Source: Candidatus Scatovivens sp. (GTDB lineage Bacteria; Bacillota; Clostridia; TANB77; CAG-508). From it: a DNA stretch of 64,000 nt. The position numbers and the translations under genes were made by a program. Below are positions 10,053 to 17,981 of the stretch, piece by piece. The notes under the pieces are model-generated. The model did no database searches. It was not told the origin of the DNA and saw only the letters and a list, made by a program, of their open reading frames with translations. Each line of letters opens with the position of its first letter. Positions within the stretch are counted from its first letter, which is position 1. The stretch is taken from NCBI GenBank assembly GCA_045646345.1, contig JAZRKN010000015.1, positions 1 to 64,000 of the forward strand, in the 5' to 3' direction.

Positions 10053-10514
10053 ATGCAAAATTTAGATAATGGAATATTAAAAATAGATGATTTTATTTTT
10101 ACAAAAGATACTAAATTAGAAGATTTTAAAAGTCTTTCAGAGGATGTTGTAACCACAAAAATTTATGAAAAATCAAAAATCTACGAATTCCGATTTTTAA
10201 AACCAATAATTAGTGAAGGAATAGAAGGTTATTTAAAAGTAGAATATTATTTCAATGGAAATATATATAGAATTGGAATTGGAATAAAAATACCAGAAGG
10301 AGAAGAAACAGGTTTTTCAATGAGTAGCGAACGTACAAAACAATATTTTGAATATTCAAAAAGATTTTTAAAAGGTTTAATAAAATCTGAGCCTACTGCA
10401 GAAAGCGATTATTCTCTAGAATATGAATTCGATTGGGGTGGAATATATACATTTCTTTTTTCTGATAGAGATTATGGATTCAGATATAATGGAATTGAAA
10501 TAGAATTTTTTTAA
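10053..10514 (+). CDS. Hypothetical acidic protein, possibly immunity-protein-like
   Basis: Good AAGGAG RBS and own terminator (10537-10568); C-terminal 'FDWGGIY...D....GIEIEF' pattern. Confidence 0.6.
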   Translation: MQNLDNGILKIDDFIFTKDTKLEDFKSLSEDVVTTKIYEKSKIYEFRFLKPIISEGIEGYLKVEYYFNGNIYRIGIGIKIPEGEETGFSMSSERTKQYFEYSKRFLKGLIKSEPTAESDYSLEYEFDWGGIYTFLFSDRDYGFRYNGIEIEFF

Positions 10515-10682
10515 ACAATATATAAGTTAAATATGAATAAAATAGGTTGCTTAGCAACCTATTTTTATTTTATTTATATAAAAAATTGTAAATAGTTGAA
10601 ATATTTATATTCACATTATCAATGCATCCGATTTTATTATACAATTATTTTATAAAAATCTAACAAACTGTATAAACAAAAG

Positions 10683-10709
10683 AAAAAGACAGATTTTATA
10701 AATCTGTCT
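10683..10709 (-). terminator. Terminator next to the displaced tRNA 3' fragment (probable original tRNA-Leu terminator)
   Basis: agacagattt-tat-aaatctgtct hairpin with A-run on the + strand (U-tract on -), adjacent to the att copy at 10712. Confidence 0.75.
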
Positions 10710-10765
10710 CCTTGGTGCGGCAGTTATTAAGTCATGTTGATTTATCAAGGTTTTTAGGGATTTTT

Positions 10766-10818
10766 TCCAGCACAAGTCCAGCATAAAAAAGAGATTATGC
10801 GTTGAGTTTGTGCTGGAC
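10766..10818. repeat. Putative integrase arm-type sites, left end
   Basis: TCCAGCACAAG and TCCAGCATAAA in tandem (10766-10787) plus inverted TTGTGCTGGAC (10808-10818). Confidence 0.7.
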
Positions 10819-10869
10819 TGTCGGGTCACTCGTTGGGCTATAATCCTTGATATAACTATGTTTTTGTAA

Positions 10870-10898
10870 TTGACACTTACTCTCTTTTGTAGTATAAT
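10870..10898 (+). promoter_or_regulatory. Consensus sigma-A promoter of the integrase
   Basis: TTGACA-17 nt-TATAAT. Confidence 0.85.
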
Positions 10899-10927
10899 AA
10901 ATTTATAGTTAAAAAATAAAAAGGAGC

Positions 10928-12286
10928 ATGTTTATGAATCAAATAAATGGTACTGGTAGTGTCTTTTATAATAGAAGTAAAAAGTTATGGGCTGCTCAAT
11001 ATGTTTTAGAAGAAAATGGAAAAACAAAGAAAAAATGTATTTATGGAAAAACTAAAGATGATGTTTCAAAAAAATTAACAAAGATAATGTATGAATATCA
11101 TAATGAAGGCTTTGTACAAGAAAAAGGTATGCCTCTTATTAAATTATTAGAACAACTTCGTGAAGATAAGTATGCAGCTAATCTTATTTCTGAAAGTCAT
11201 TATTCAAGATTAGAATTTGTTTTAGTTGAAATTAAAAATAATCCTATCGGAAATAAAAATATTGATAAAATTACATCAAGAGATTTGCAAGATTACTTTA
11301 ATTCTTTAATAGATCGATATACTGACTCTACTATAAAAAAAGTTTGGGAATGTGTGAAACAAGGTTTTCAAGCAGCAGTTAAAAGAAATTATATAAAAAC
11401 AAATCCACTTGATGATGTAATAAAACCAAAATCCAGAAAAGAAACAAAAGAAGTTACAGCACTTACAACAGAAGAACACCATATCTTATCTAAATACCTG
11501 TTTAAATCGAATTTAAGCGAAGAAAAATATAAAACAGTAATATTACTTCAACTTTATACAGGAATGAGAATTGGTGAGGTTTTGGCTTTATCTAAAGACG
11601 ATGTGGATTTAGATAAAAGAATGATCCGTGTAAGAAAAACTATTTCAGTAGATATTAATGGAGAATTAACTGTAAAAAAAGGAACTAAAACTTATGCTGG
11701 AAGAAGAGATATTCCTTTTCCAATATCTTTTATTCCACTTTTAGAAGAACAATTTAAATATTATGAAGAAAATAAAAACAATTTGTTGTTTTGTTATGAA
11801 GGTAGAATTATAAAAGCTAGTACAGTTAATACAGTTTTAAAAAGAATTTGTAAAAAATTAAAATTATCAAGTAAAATATCTAACCATACATTAAGACATA
11901 CTTTTGGAACAAGATGTATAGAATCAGGTATGTCTCCTGTTGTAGTTCAAAATATGATGGGACATAAAGATATTAGAGTAACGCTTAATATTTATACTTC
12001 TGTATTAAATCAATATAAGCAAGAAGAATTTAATAAAGTTACTAAATATTATATGGATAAAGATTTATTGTCGTTACCAGAAGATAATATTGTAAAAGAA
12101 GGATATTTACTTAACGAAGATAGTCTTGAATATGATTACGAAACTGAAAAAGATATTAAGGATCTTTATAAAGAATTCGCAAATTCACCTCAAATTAAAA
12201 AGATGGAAGAATCAATTACACAAGAGGAATGGAAAAATTATTATAAAGAATTAATTAGAATATTTGGCAATAATCAAAAAGAATAA
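10928..12286 (+). CDS. Tyrosine recombinase/integrase with C-terminal extension
   Basis: N-terminal arm-binding-like domain, TGMRIGE, HTLRHTF, MGH and IYT catalytic motifs. Confidence 0.96.
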   Translation: MFMNQINGTGSVFYNRSKKLWAAQYVLEENGKTKKKCIYGKTKDDVSKKLTKIMYEYHNEGFVQEKGMPLIKLLEQLREDKYAANLISESHYSRLEFVLVEIKNNPIGNKNIDKITSRDLQDYFNSLIDRYTDSTIKKVWECVKQGFQAAVKRNYIKTNPLDDVIKPKSRKETKEVTALTTEEHHILSKYLFKSNLSEEKYKTVILLQLYTGMRIGEVLALSKDDVDLDKRMIRVRKTISVDINGELTVKKGTKTYAGRRDIPFPISFIPLLEEQFKYYEENKNNLLFCYEGRIIKASTVNTVLKRICKKLKLSSKISNHTLRHTFGTRCIESGMSPVVVQNMMGHKDIRVTLNIYTSVLNQYKQEEFNKVTKYYMDKDLLSLPEDNIVKEGYLLNEDSLEYDYETEKDIKDLYKEFANSPQIKKMEESITQEEWKNYYKELIRIFGNNQKE

Positions 12287-12290
12287 AAAT

Positions 12291-12325
12291 AAAAAAGTAT
12301 CAAATTATAAATTTGATACTTTTTT
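12291..12325. terminator. Bidirectional terminator after the integrase
   Basis: aaaaaagtatcaaatt / aatttgatactttttt perfect inverted repeat. Confidence 0.85.
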
Positions 12326-12333
12326 GTTTTCGC

Positions 12334-12543
12334 GCGGAAGTTTGAAACCGAGAAAGGTTTCATTCATAATTAAAAATTTAAAATCTCTATTAGAGTTCTC
12401 TAATAGAGATTGGTAAGTTATCTAGTAGTTCTCTATTAGATAACTTATAAATTTTAATTATGCTAGGGGTTATTAGGGGACTTTGTCCCTTAATCATACA
12501 GAGAACTTTTTTAAAGTTCTCTAGTATGTTATAGCACTTTCGT
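12334..12543 (+). other. Multibranch structured non-coding element (ncRNA or ssDNA origin candidate)
   Basis: Five hairpins plus enclosing stems within about 210 nt; non-Watson-Crick pairs are G-T on the + strand. Confidence 0.65.
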
Positions 12544-12555
12544 TCTATATGTAAT

Positions 12556-13116
12556 TTAATGTTGTATTTTTACATCTATTGCATCTTTAATTAATGATTT
12601 GCTTACTATAGCACAAAAAATATTATTATTACAATAAGCTCTAGGATTTTCTCTTTGTTTTAAAATAATATTTGTTGTTATTTCTTCAGTGTTCACATCA
12701 TATATAATTAAATCAGTTTCAAAGGATTCTCTTTCGTTTTCGTTTACAACTATTATTATGCTATTTTTTTCAAAGTCTATATCGTTATTATTAAACAAAT
12801 AAATGCGTTCATAATATTTATTATAATCTTCTTTATTAGAAATGATTTTATAATAAAGGCTTGTATCAGAGTCCCATATCATATCATTTGCAACTAAATT
12901 ATTTTCATAATTTTCAACACCGTTTTTTTCAAATAATCCCATACTTGAAATTTCTTCTCTTTGAATAATGTTTGTTTTTTCTTCAACAATTTTTTCAGCA
13001 TTTTGTTTTTCAATCACTTCTAGTTTATTTATTAGTTTATTATATCCAAGTCTTCCTATAAAAATTGAAACTAAAAAGATTATCAAAAGTATTAATAAGA
13101 CAGTTAATTTTTTCAT
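12556..13116 (-). CDS. Exported/membrane-anchored hypothetical protein (paralog of 13589-14524)
   Basis: MKK plus hydrophobic N-terminus; shares YYK.I.N...Y..Y...DF....I...ENE with 13589-14524. Confidence 0.75.
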   Translation of the reverse strand: MKKLTVLLILLIIFLVSIFIGRLGYNKLINKLEVIEKQNAEKIVEEKTNIIQREEISSMGLFEKNGVENYENNLVANDMIWDSDTSLYYKIISNKEDYNKYYERIYLFNNNDIDFEKNSIIIVVNENERESFETDLIIYDVNTEEITTNIILKQRENPRAYCNNNIFCAIVSKSLIKDAIDVKIQH

Positions 13117-13149
13117 ACACTTACCTCGCTTTCAAATTGAATCTTACCA

Positions 13150-13560
13150 TTATTTGTTATATTTATAAAGTATTTGTTCTAATGTATTAATTGTATTTCC
13201 CATATCAGAAATAACACAACGATATTTAATAGTGTTTTTGTTTTTTTTGATCACATAAAATTCTCGATATATATCATCTGTTGAAGTATTATTTAATAGT
13301 TCTTTATCATTATTTATATCCATTGAAAAATAAATTGTATAATATAAATCTTTATAATTTTTGGGAATTTCAAGTTTTTCTAATTCGATATTGTCTACTC
13401 CAATTATTGTTAATATGTCATTTTTTTCTGTAGAAGTTATATTTTTTAAATTAGCACTAATTGAACCAAATATTGCATTATACAAACTTATCATTCCTAA
13501 TATTACTAACAAAAATATTATAAATATTAATTTTAAAAATTTTTTCATATATTCCTCCAA
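13150..13560 (-). CDS. Exported/membrane-anchored hypothetical protein
   Basis: MKKFLKL plus TM segment; GGAGG RBS favours a start at 13548. Confidence 0.7.
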   Translation of the reverse strand: MEEYMKKFLKLIFIIFLLVILGMISLYNAIFGSISANLKNITSTEKNDILTIIGVDNIELEKLEIPKNYKDLYYTIYFSMDINNDKELLNNTSTDDIYREFYVIKKNKNTIKYRCVISDMGNTINTLEQILYKYNK

Positions 13561-13588
13561 TAATATTATTTTTCTTTATTATAATCGT

Positions 13589-14524
13589 TTATTCTATAAA
13601 ACTAAAAGATATCATATTTTCTGGAAATTTTGAATTTTTAAAAATACAATTTGTAGTATTAGATTTTAAAAAATTTGAAGTAGTGTCAATTTTTTCAAAA
13701 GAATCAAATTCATAATAATTATAAGAGTCTAGATAATATGTATTTGAATTGTATGTGGTATACACCCTAGTAGTATCTTTACATATATAATATTTGTTTT
13801 CTAAACTTACATATTTAATATCATAAATATGCATCTTCTTAAAATTGGAATCGGAATAAACGACTCTAATTTCCGAATCTTGTTTGTTTTCAATATTATT
13901 TATAAAATCATTATAAACAGTAATGTTGTAAGCTGGATTTGAAGAGACTATAAAACAATTATCATTTTTTGCGTCATCTATAGAATAATCAAACGGTAAG
14001 TTCTTAATATTAGAATAAGTTTTCATAAAATTTGTATTTTTAATTGTTTTAAAAACTTCAATGTTATTTCTTTTTAATGAATTATCTATTTTTATAGAAA
14101 TGCCTCTATTAAAATTAGGTTCATTATCTGGATTTGTTTTATCAAGACCAATATATATAGTTTCATTATCAATATCTATCGTTAAAAGTTTTAAATTTTT
14201 TGTAGATTCATTTTCTACAATTGTTAGTACAATAAACGAATTATTAAAATCATTTTCAGTCATTTCAATAATGTCCGGATAGTAATTTTTATATATTAAG
14301 TATTCATTATAATTATTTATATCTTTGTAATAAATAGAATTTTTAAAAGCGAATTCATTACCATAATAGTATTCTTTATGCATAGGATCAAAATAATTAT
14401 AGGAATAAAGTTCCTTTTCGACTTGTGGTATTGGATTATCATTTTGATTATTCAATTTTGAGTATATATATAAAGATGTAATGCCAATAAGAATGATAAA
14501 AATAATTAATAAAAATTTTTTCAT
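13589..14524 (-). CDS. Exported/membrane-anchored hypothetical protein
   Basis: Signal/TM N-terminus; GCGAGGT RBS; 311 aa open frame. Confidence 0.8.
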   Translation of the reverse strand: MKKFLLIIFIILIGITSLYIYSKLNNQNDNPIPQVEKELYSYNYFDPMHKEYYYGNEFAFKNSIYYKDINNYNEYLIYKNYYPDIIEMTENDFNNSFIVLTIVENESTKNLKLLTIDIDNETIYIGLDKTNPDNEPNFNRGISIKIDNSLKRNNIEVFKTIKNTNFMKTYSNIKNLPFDYSIDDAKNDNCFIVSSNPAYNITVYNDFINNIENKQDSEIRVVYSDSNFKKMHIYDIKYVSLENKYYICKDTTRVYTTYNSNTYYLDSYNYYEFDSFEKIDTTSNFLKSNTTNCIFKNSKFPENMISFSFIE

Positions 14525-14831
14525 AAAAATACCTCGCTTTCAGTGTGAAATTTAACCGATTAATTCTTTTTTTCTTTATTTTATTAGTAATTACATAGAT
14601 AAGAGTTGGAATATTTAATATTAAAAATATGCCAATACAGTCAGTATCCAATGTTGCTTGCAAAAATGTTTTATTTTCTGTTCCCATTATATAAACAATA
14701 AGATTAAAATCAACAAACATTGCTAACAATAAACTACATATAGGTAAAATCCATTTTATAATTTTTTTATCTGCAATACAAAGTTGTATACATTCCGTTA
14801 TTACTAAATATAATATAAATAATTGTAACAC
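14448..14831 (-). CDS. Small membrane protein; 3' end overlaps the next gene
   Basis: AAGGAG RBS and GTG start; three hydrophobic segments; reads 77 nt into the downstream CDS. Confidence 0.55.
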   Translation of the reverse strand: MLQLFILYLVITECIQLCIADKKIIKWILPICSLLLAMFVDFNLIVYIMGTENKTFLQATLDTDCIGIFLILNIPTLIYVITNKIKKKRINRLNFTLKARYFYEKIFINYFYHSYWHYIFIYILKIE

Positions 14832-14843
14832 TTTTATTCTCCT

Positions 14844-15551
14844 TTATTTTTCAGTAATTCTTGTATCAATAGTAGTTTCATCAATTATATAAATATCATT
14901 AATTTTATAGATATTTGTTATATTTTCTTTAAAAGCTTCATAGTATTTATTAACAATTTCAATACATTCTTTTTCAGAATAATTTTCACACACATAAATT
15001 AATTTAAATGAATTAGAATCTCCTATTTTTTCTATTTCTATATTATTAACATTAGAATACTTTGTCTGCACTTTCTTTTTTACAGCCTCAGAATTTATAA
15101 TTGACACAATACTTCCTAACAGATTTTTATCAATAGTTAAATCTTGTACTGAATAAGATGATTTTTCTTCTGCATCAATATCTATTGCAAAAGTTAATTT
15201 TGCAATTTTTTGTTCTATTCTAATTGGTTCTGAATAATCTTCTAGATATGTTTGTTCTATTGCAAATAATCCTTGTCCTAAATTAATAGGAAAATATTTC
15301 GGACCTATAACACAACGATAATATTGGTTTTCTTTATCTTTAAATGAAATTAAATAATCCCCATGAACATTACTCCATTCAATACCGACATATTCAAATC
15401 GCATTTTTGGAAATTTATTATTCATATAGTTAGATGCATATATTCTTGCAATTTGTTTGGGGATTATTCCTAATAAAAATAATAATGCGATTATTATTAG
15501 AAGTATAATTATTATGATTTTTAATATTTTCTTTTCCATAAAAACCTCCAA
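14844..15551 (-). CDS. Exported/membrane-anchored hypothetical protein
   Basis: N-terminal TM; GGAGG RBS favours a start at 15539. Confidence 0.75.
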   Translation of the reverse strand: MEVFMEKKILKIIIIILLIIIALLFLLGIIPKQIARIYASNYMNNKFPKMRFEYVGIEWSNVHGDYLISFKDKENQYYRCVIGPKYFPINLGQGLFAIEQTYLEDYSEPIRIEQKIAKLTFAIDIDAEEKSSYSVQDLTIDKNLLGSIVSIINSEAVKKKVQTKYSNVNNIEIEKIGDSNSFKLIYVCENYSEKECIEIVNKYYEAFKENITNIYKINDIYIIDETTIDTRITEK

Positions 15552-15553
15552 AA

Positions 15554-16315
15554 TTATTTACTAGTATATTTACAATTAGGATAATTTAAGCACCCTATAA
15601 ATTTTCCATATTTTCCATTTCGTTCAACTAATTTACCACCGCATTTAGGGCAGATCATATTCTTTTCGTTATTCTCATTTTCTTTTATAGTAGTTTTTAT
15701 TGTATTAACATGTTGATTTCTTATTTTTTTATCGATTATATTATGAGATTCTATTCGTTCTTTTATTTCATTTAAATCGTAATCTAATAATTGCGTATTA
15801 TAAGATTTAATTTGTTTGTTAATAAAATCAAGTTGAGTCACATTTTTTGCATTTATTTTTAATTTCGCTTGATTAGAAAAACAAATTATAGAAATAAATT
15901 TTTCTTCTTCAAAATTTAATAATTCCTGTAGTGTTTTTATATGTCCATAATTTTGATGAATAGGGTTGTTAAAGTATTGTTTGTTTTTGCCTAAATGTTG
16001 AATCCATTTATCTTTATATTCATCTCCAGTAATTAGTCCATAGTAGTTTTTCATTTCAACTACAAATATTCCAAATTTAGAAAGAATAATATGATCTATT
16101 TGATGTGTACCTTTACTAGACTTTAGCATTATATCATTTAAAACTAAATAATCTTTTTTAGGTAATTTGTTTAATTCAGTTTTTACCCAAAACTCTCCCA
16201 TAAAACCACGGATTTTTTTATAAAAGACTGTACTTAAAATTCCTAATATAATAATAATCCAAAAAATTGGTTCTTTAAGATATAAATTTATTAAAAGATT
16301 AATAGCATCATTCAT
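15554..16315 (-). CDS. NERD nuclease-related domain protein with N-terminal TM and topoisomerase-type C4 zinc finger
   Basis: GE...QIDHIILS..GIFVVEMKN NERD motif, NPIHQN, C-terminal CPKCGG...GKFIGC.NYPNC. Confidence 0.92.
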   Translation of the reverse strand: MNDAINLLINLYLKEPIFWIIIILGILSTVFYKKIRGFMGEFWVKTELNKLPKKDYLVLNDIMLKSSKGTHQIDHIILSKFGIFVVEMKNYYGLITGDEYKDKWIQHLGKNKQYFNNPIHQNYGHIKTLQELLNFEEEKFISIICFSNQAKLKINAKNVTQLDFINKQIKSYNTQLLDYDLNEIKERIESHNIIDKKIRNQHVNTIKTTIKENENNEKNMICPKCGGKLVERNGKYGKFIGCLNYPNCKYTSK

Positions 16316-16423
16316 ATAAAATTTACCTTTCTATATATCTTTTTTATTATTTTACATCATTTTACATTATTTTACATTAAAAAATAGTAAATTTTATATA
16401 AAAAATGGTATTTTATATTAAAA

Positions 16424-16633
16424 TCCAGCATTAGAAATTGGGGCGAACAAGCAAAACGCTGGTGCTCTAAGTGTTGGATGTTGTTTTTTAGTCCAGCACG
16501 AGTCCAGCACGAGCACATATAATCAAATATAACTAAATATAACTAAATATAAACAAATATAAAGAAATGAGAGCAGTTGTAAGGGGTTGAGAGCTTTTTT
16601 GTAGTAATATCAATGCATTTAGGTCGTGCTGGA
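16424..16633. repeat. Putative integrase arm-type sites, right end
   Basis: TCCAGCATTAG (16424), GTCCAGCACGA twice in tandem (16491-16512), inverted TCGTGCTGGA (16624-16633). Confidence 0.7.
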
Positions 16634-16676
16634 TAAGAAAATACGTTAAAATCTCGCAAACCTTACAGGCAAAAGA

Positions 16677-16706
16677 AAAAGACGAGTTTTTATTAACTCG
16701 TCTTTT
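16677..16706 (-). terminator. Island-borne terminator directly after the tRNA CCA
   Basis: aaaagacgagtt / aactcgtctttt hairpin. Confidence 0.8.
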
Positions 16707-16788
16707 GGTGCGGCAGAGAGGACTTGAACCCCCACGGTCTCCCACTAGATCCTAAGTCTAGCGCGTCTGCCAGTTCCGCCACTGCCGC
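16706..16788 (-). tRNA. tRNA-Leu (anticodon TAG)
   Basis: Reverse complement gives acceptor GCGGCAG/CTGCCGC-ACCA, anticodon arm CTAGA-cTTAGga-TCTAG, long variable arm and GGTTCAAGTCC T-arm; TTGACA at 16837-16842 upstream. Confidence 0.97.
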
Positions 16789-16851
16789 ATTTGTCATCAA
16801 CTGACAATAAATATATTAACACATTTACAGTTCCATTGTCAATAAATTTCT

Positions 16852-17865
16852 TTAAAATATTTCATAAAATGTCTTAAATACATAACCTTCATTTTTTAAA
16901 TGTTGAATGATTTCTGGAAGCGCTTCTACAGTTTGAGGTTTATCGTTTGCATCATGCATTAATAATATTAAACTTCCCCTTCCAGCCATAGTATCTATAA
17001 CTTCTTGAACACATTCTTCTTTAGTATTTTTTCCTTCAGCATCTCCTGACAAGCAATTCCAATTTGTAAATGCCACTCCATAATTTTCAAAATGTTTTCT
17101 TGCTTCAGCTTTTATTTTTTCATATCTTCCACCTGTAGATCCTCCAGGAAATCTAAATAAATACGAACTGTATTCTTGATTGTTTAATGCATTTTTTATT
17201 GAATATTCACAATCTACATATTCTTGAAAAACTGTATCTTTATTTTCATAAATTTTAGAATATTTATGAGAATAACCATGATTTGCTATATAATGACCTT
17301 CATCAAAAGCTCTTTTTACAGTTTCAGGATACAAATCAACTCTTGCTCCCAACACAAAAAATGTAGCTTTTACATCATGTTCTTTTAATATATCCAAAAC
17401 TTTTGGTGTTATATCTTTTGATGGTCCATCATCAAATGTTAAATATACCACCTTTTCTTCCGAAAAATATATATTTTTTATTTCTTCATGACCATTTTCA
17501 TTAAATTGAGGAATAAATTGTGTTTTTATTTTTTCCATATCATGTGTTGGTATAATTCTATGTTTTCCATCATAACTTGGAAGAACATCTTTTTTTATTG
17601 GTTTAATTATTGTTTTCTTTTCTTCTACTTCTTCTTTTTCTTCAACAACAGCAACTTGTTCTTTTTGAGTTTCATTATTCTCATCCACTGAATAAACTTT
17701 AGTTGTATCATCTTCTTGATTATAAATTATTGCAAAACTACCAATTCCCAAAATAACACATGCCAAAATAACTACAACAATTAGTAGTACTTTTTTTGTA
17801 TTTAGTTTATTTTTTTTCATTAGACTGAATTCATTGTATTCATAATCTTCTAAACCATACAACAT
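16852..17865 (-). CDS. Polysaccharide/peptidoglycan deacetylase (NodB/CE4), membrane anchored
   Basis: YLTFDDGP, HGYSH, FRFPGG and LLMHD motifs. Confidence 0.95.
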   Translation of the reverse strand: MLYGLEDYEYNEFSLMKKNKLNTKKVLLIVVVILACVILGIGSFAIIYNQEDDTTKVYSVDENNETQKEQVAVVEEKEEVEEKKTIIKPIKKDVLPSYDGKHRIIPTHDMEKIKTQFIPQFNENGHEEIKNIYFSEEKVVYLTFDDGPSKDITPKVLDILKEHDVKATFFVLGARVDLYPETVKRAFDEGHYIANHGYSHKYSKIYENKDTVFQEYVDCEYSIKNALNNQEYSSYLFRFPGGSTGGRYEKIKAEARKHFENYGVAFTNWNCLSGDAEGKNTKEECVQEVIDTMAGRGSLILLMHDANDKPQTVEALPEIIQHLKNEGYVFKTFYEIF

Positions 17866-17981
17866 ATTTCGACACTCCTCGCCATCATTATATAATATTT
17901 TGTCAAAAATTCAAGTGTCTATTCTTAAAAAAAGAAACTCCACTAAAAAGCAGAGTTTCCAAAATTTATATTTTTATTTTA

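Larger units (their letters stand above)
10712..16716. mobile_element. ~6.0 kb integrative island at the 3' end of tRNA-Leu(TAG)
   Basis: 12-bp direct repeat TTGGTGCGGCAG at 10712-10723 and 16705-16716 (tRNA 3' end); tyrosine integrase next to one end; TCCAGCAC repeats at both ends. Confidence 0.9.

Noticed and set aside
10845-10852. CCTTGATA resembling a pC194-type rolling-circle nick site
   Set aside because: No Rep gene is present, the flanking consensus is absent, and similar motifs are common near att sites.
16533-16745. 70-aa minus-strand ORF
   Set aside because: Overlaps the tRNA, its terminator and the att arm region; no RBS.
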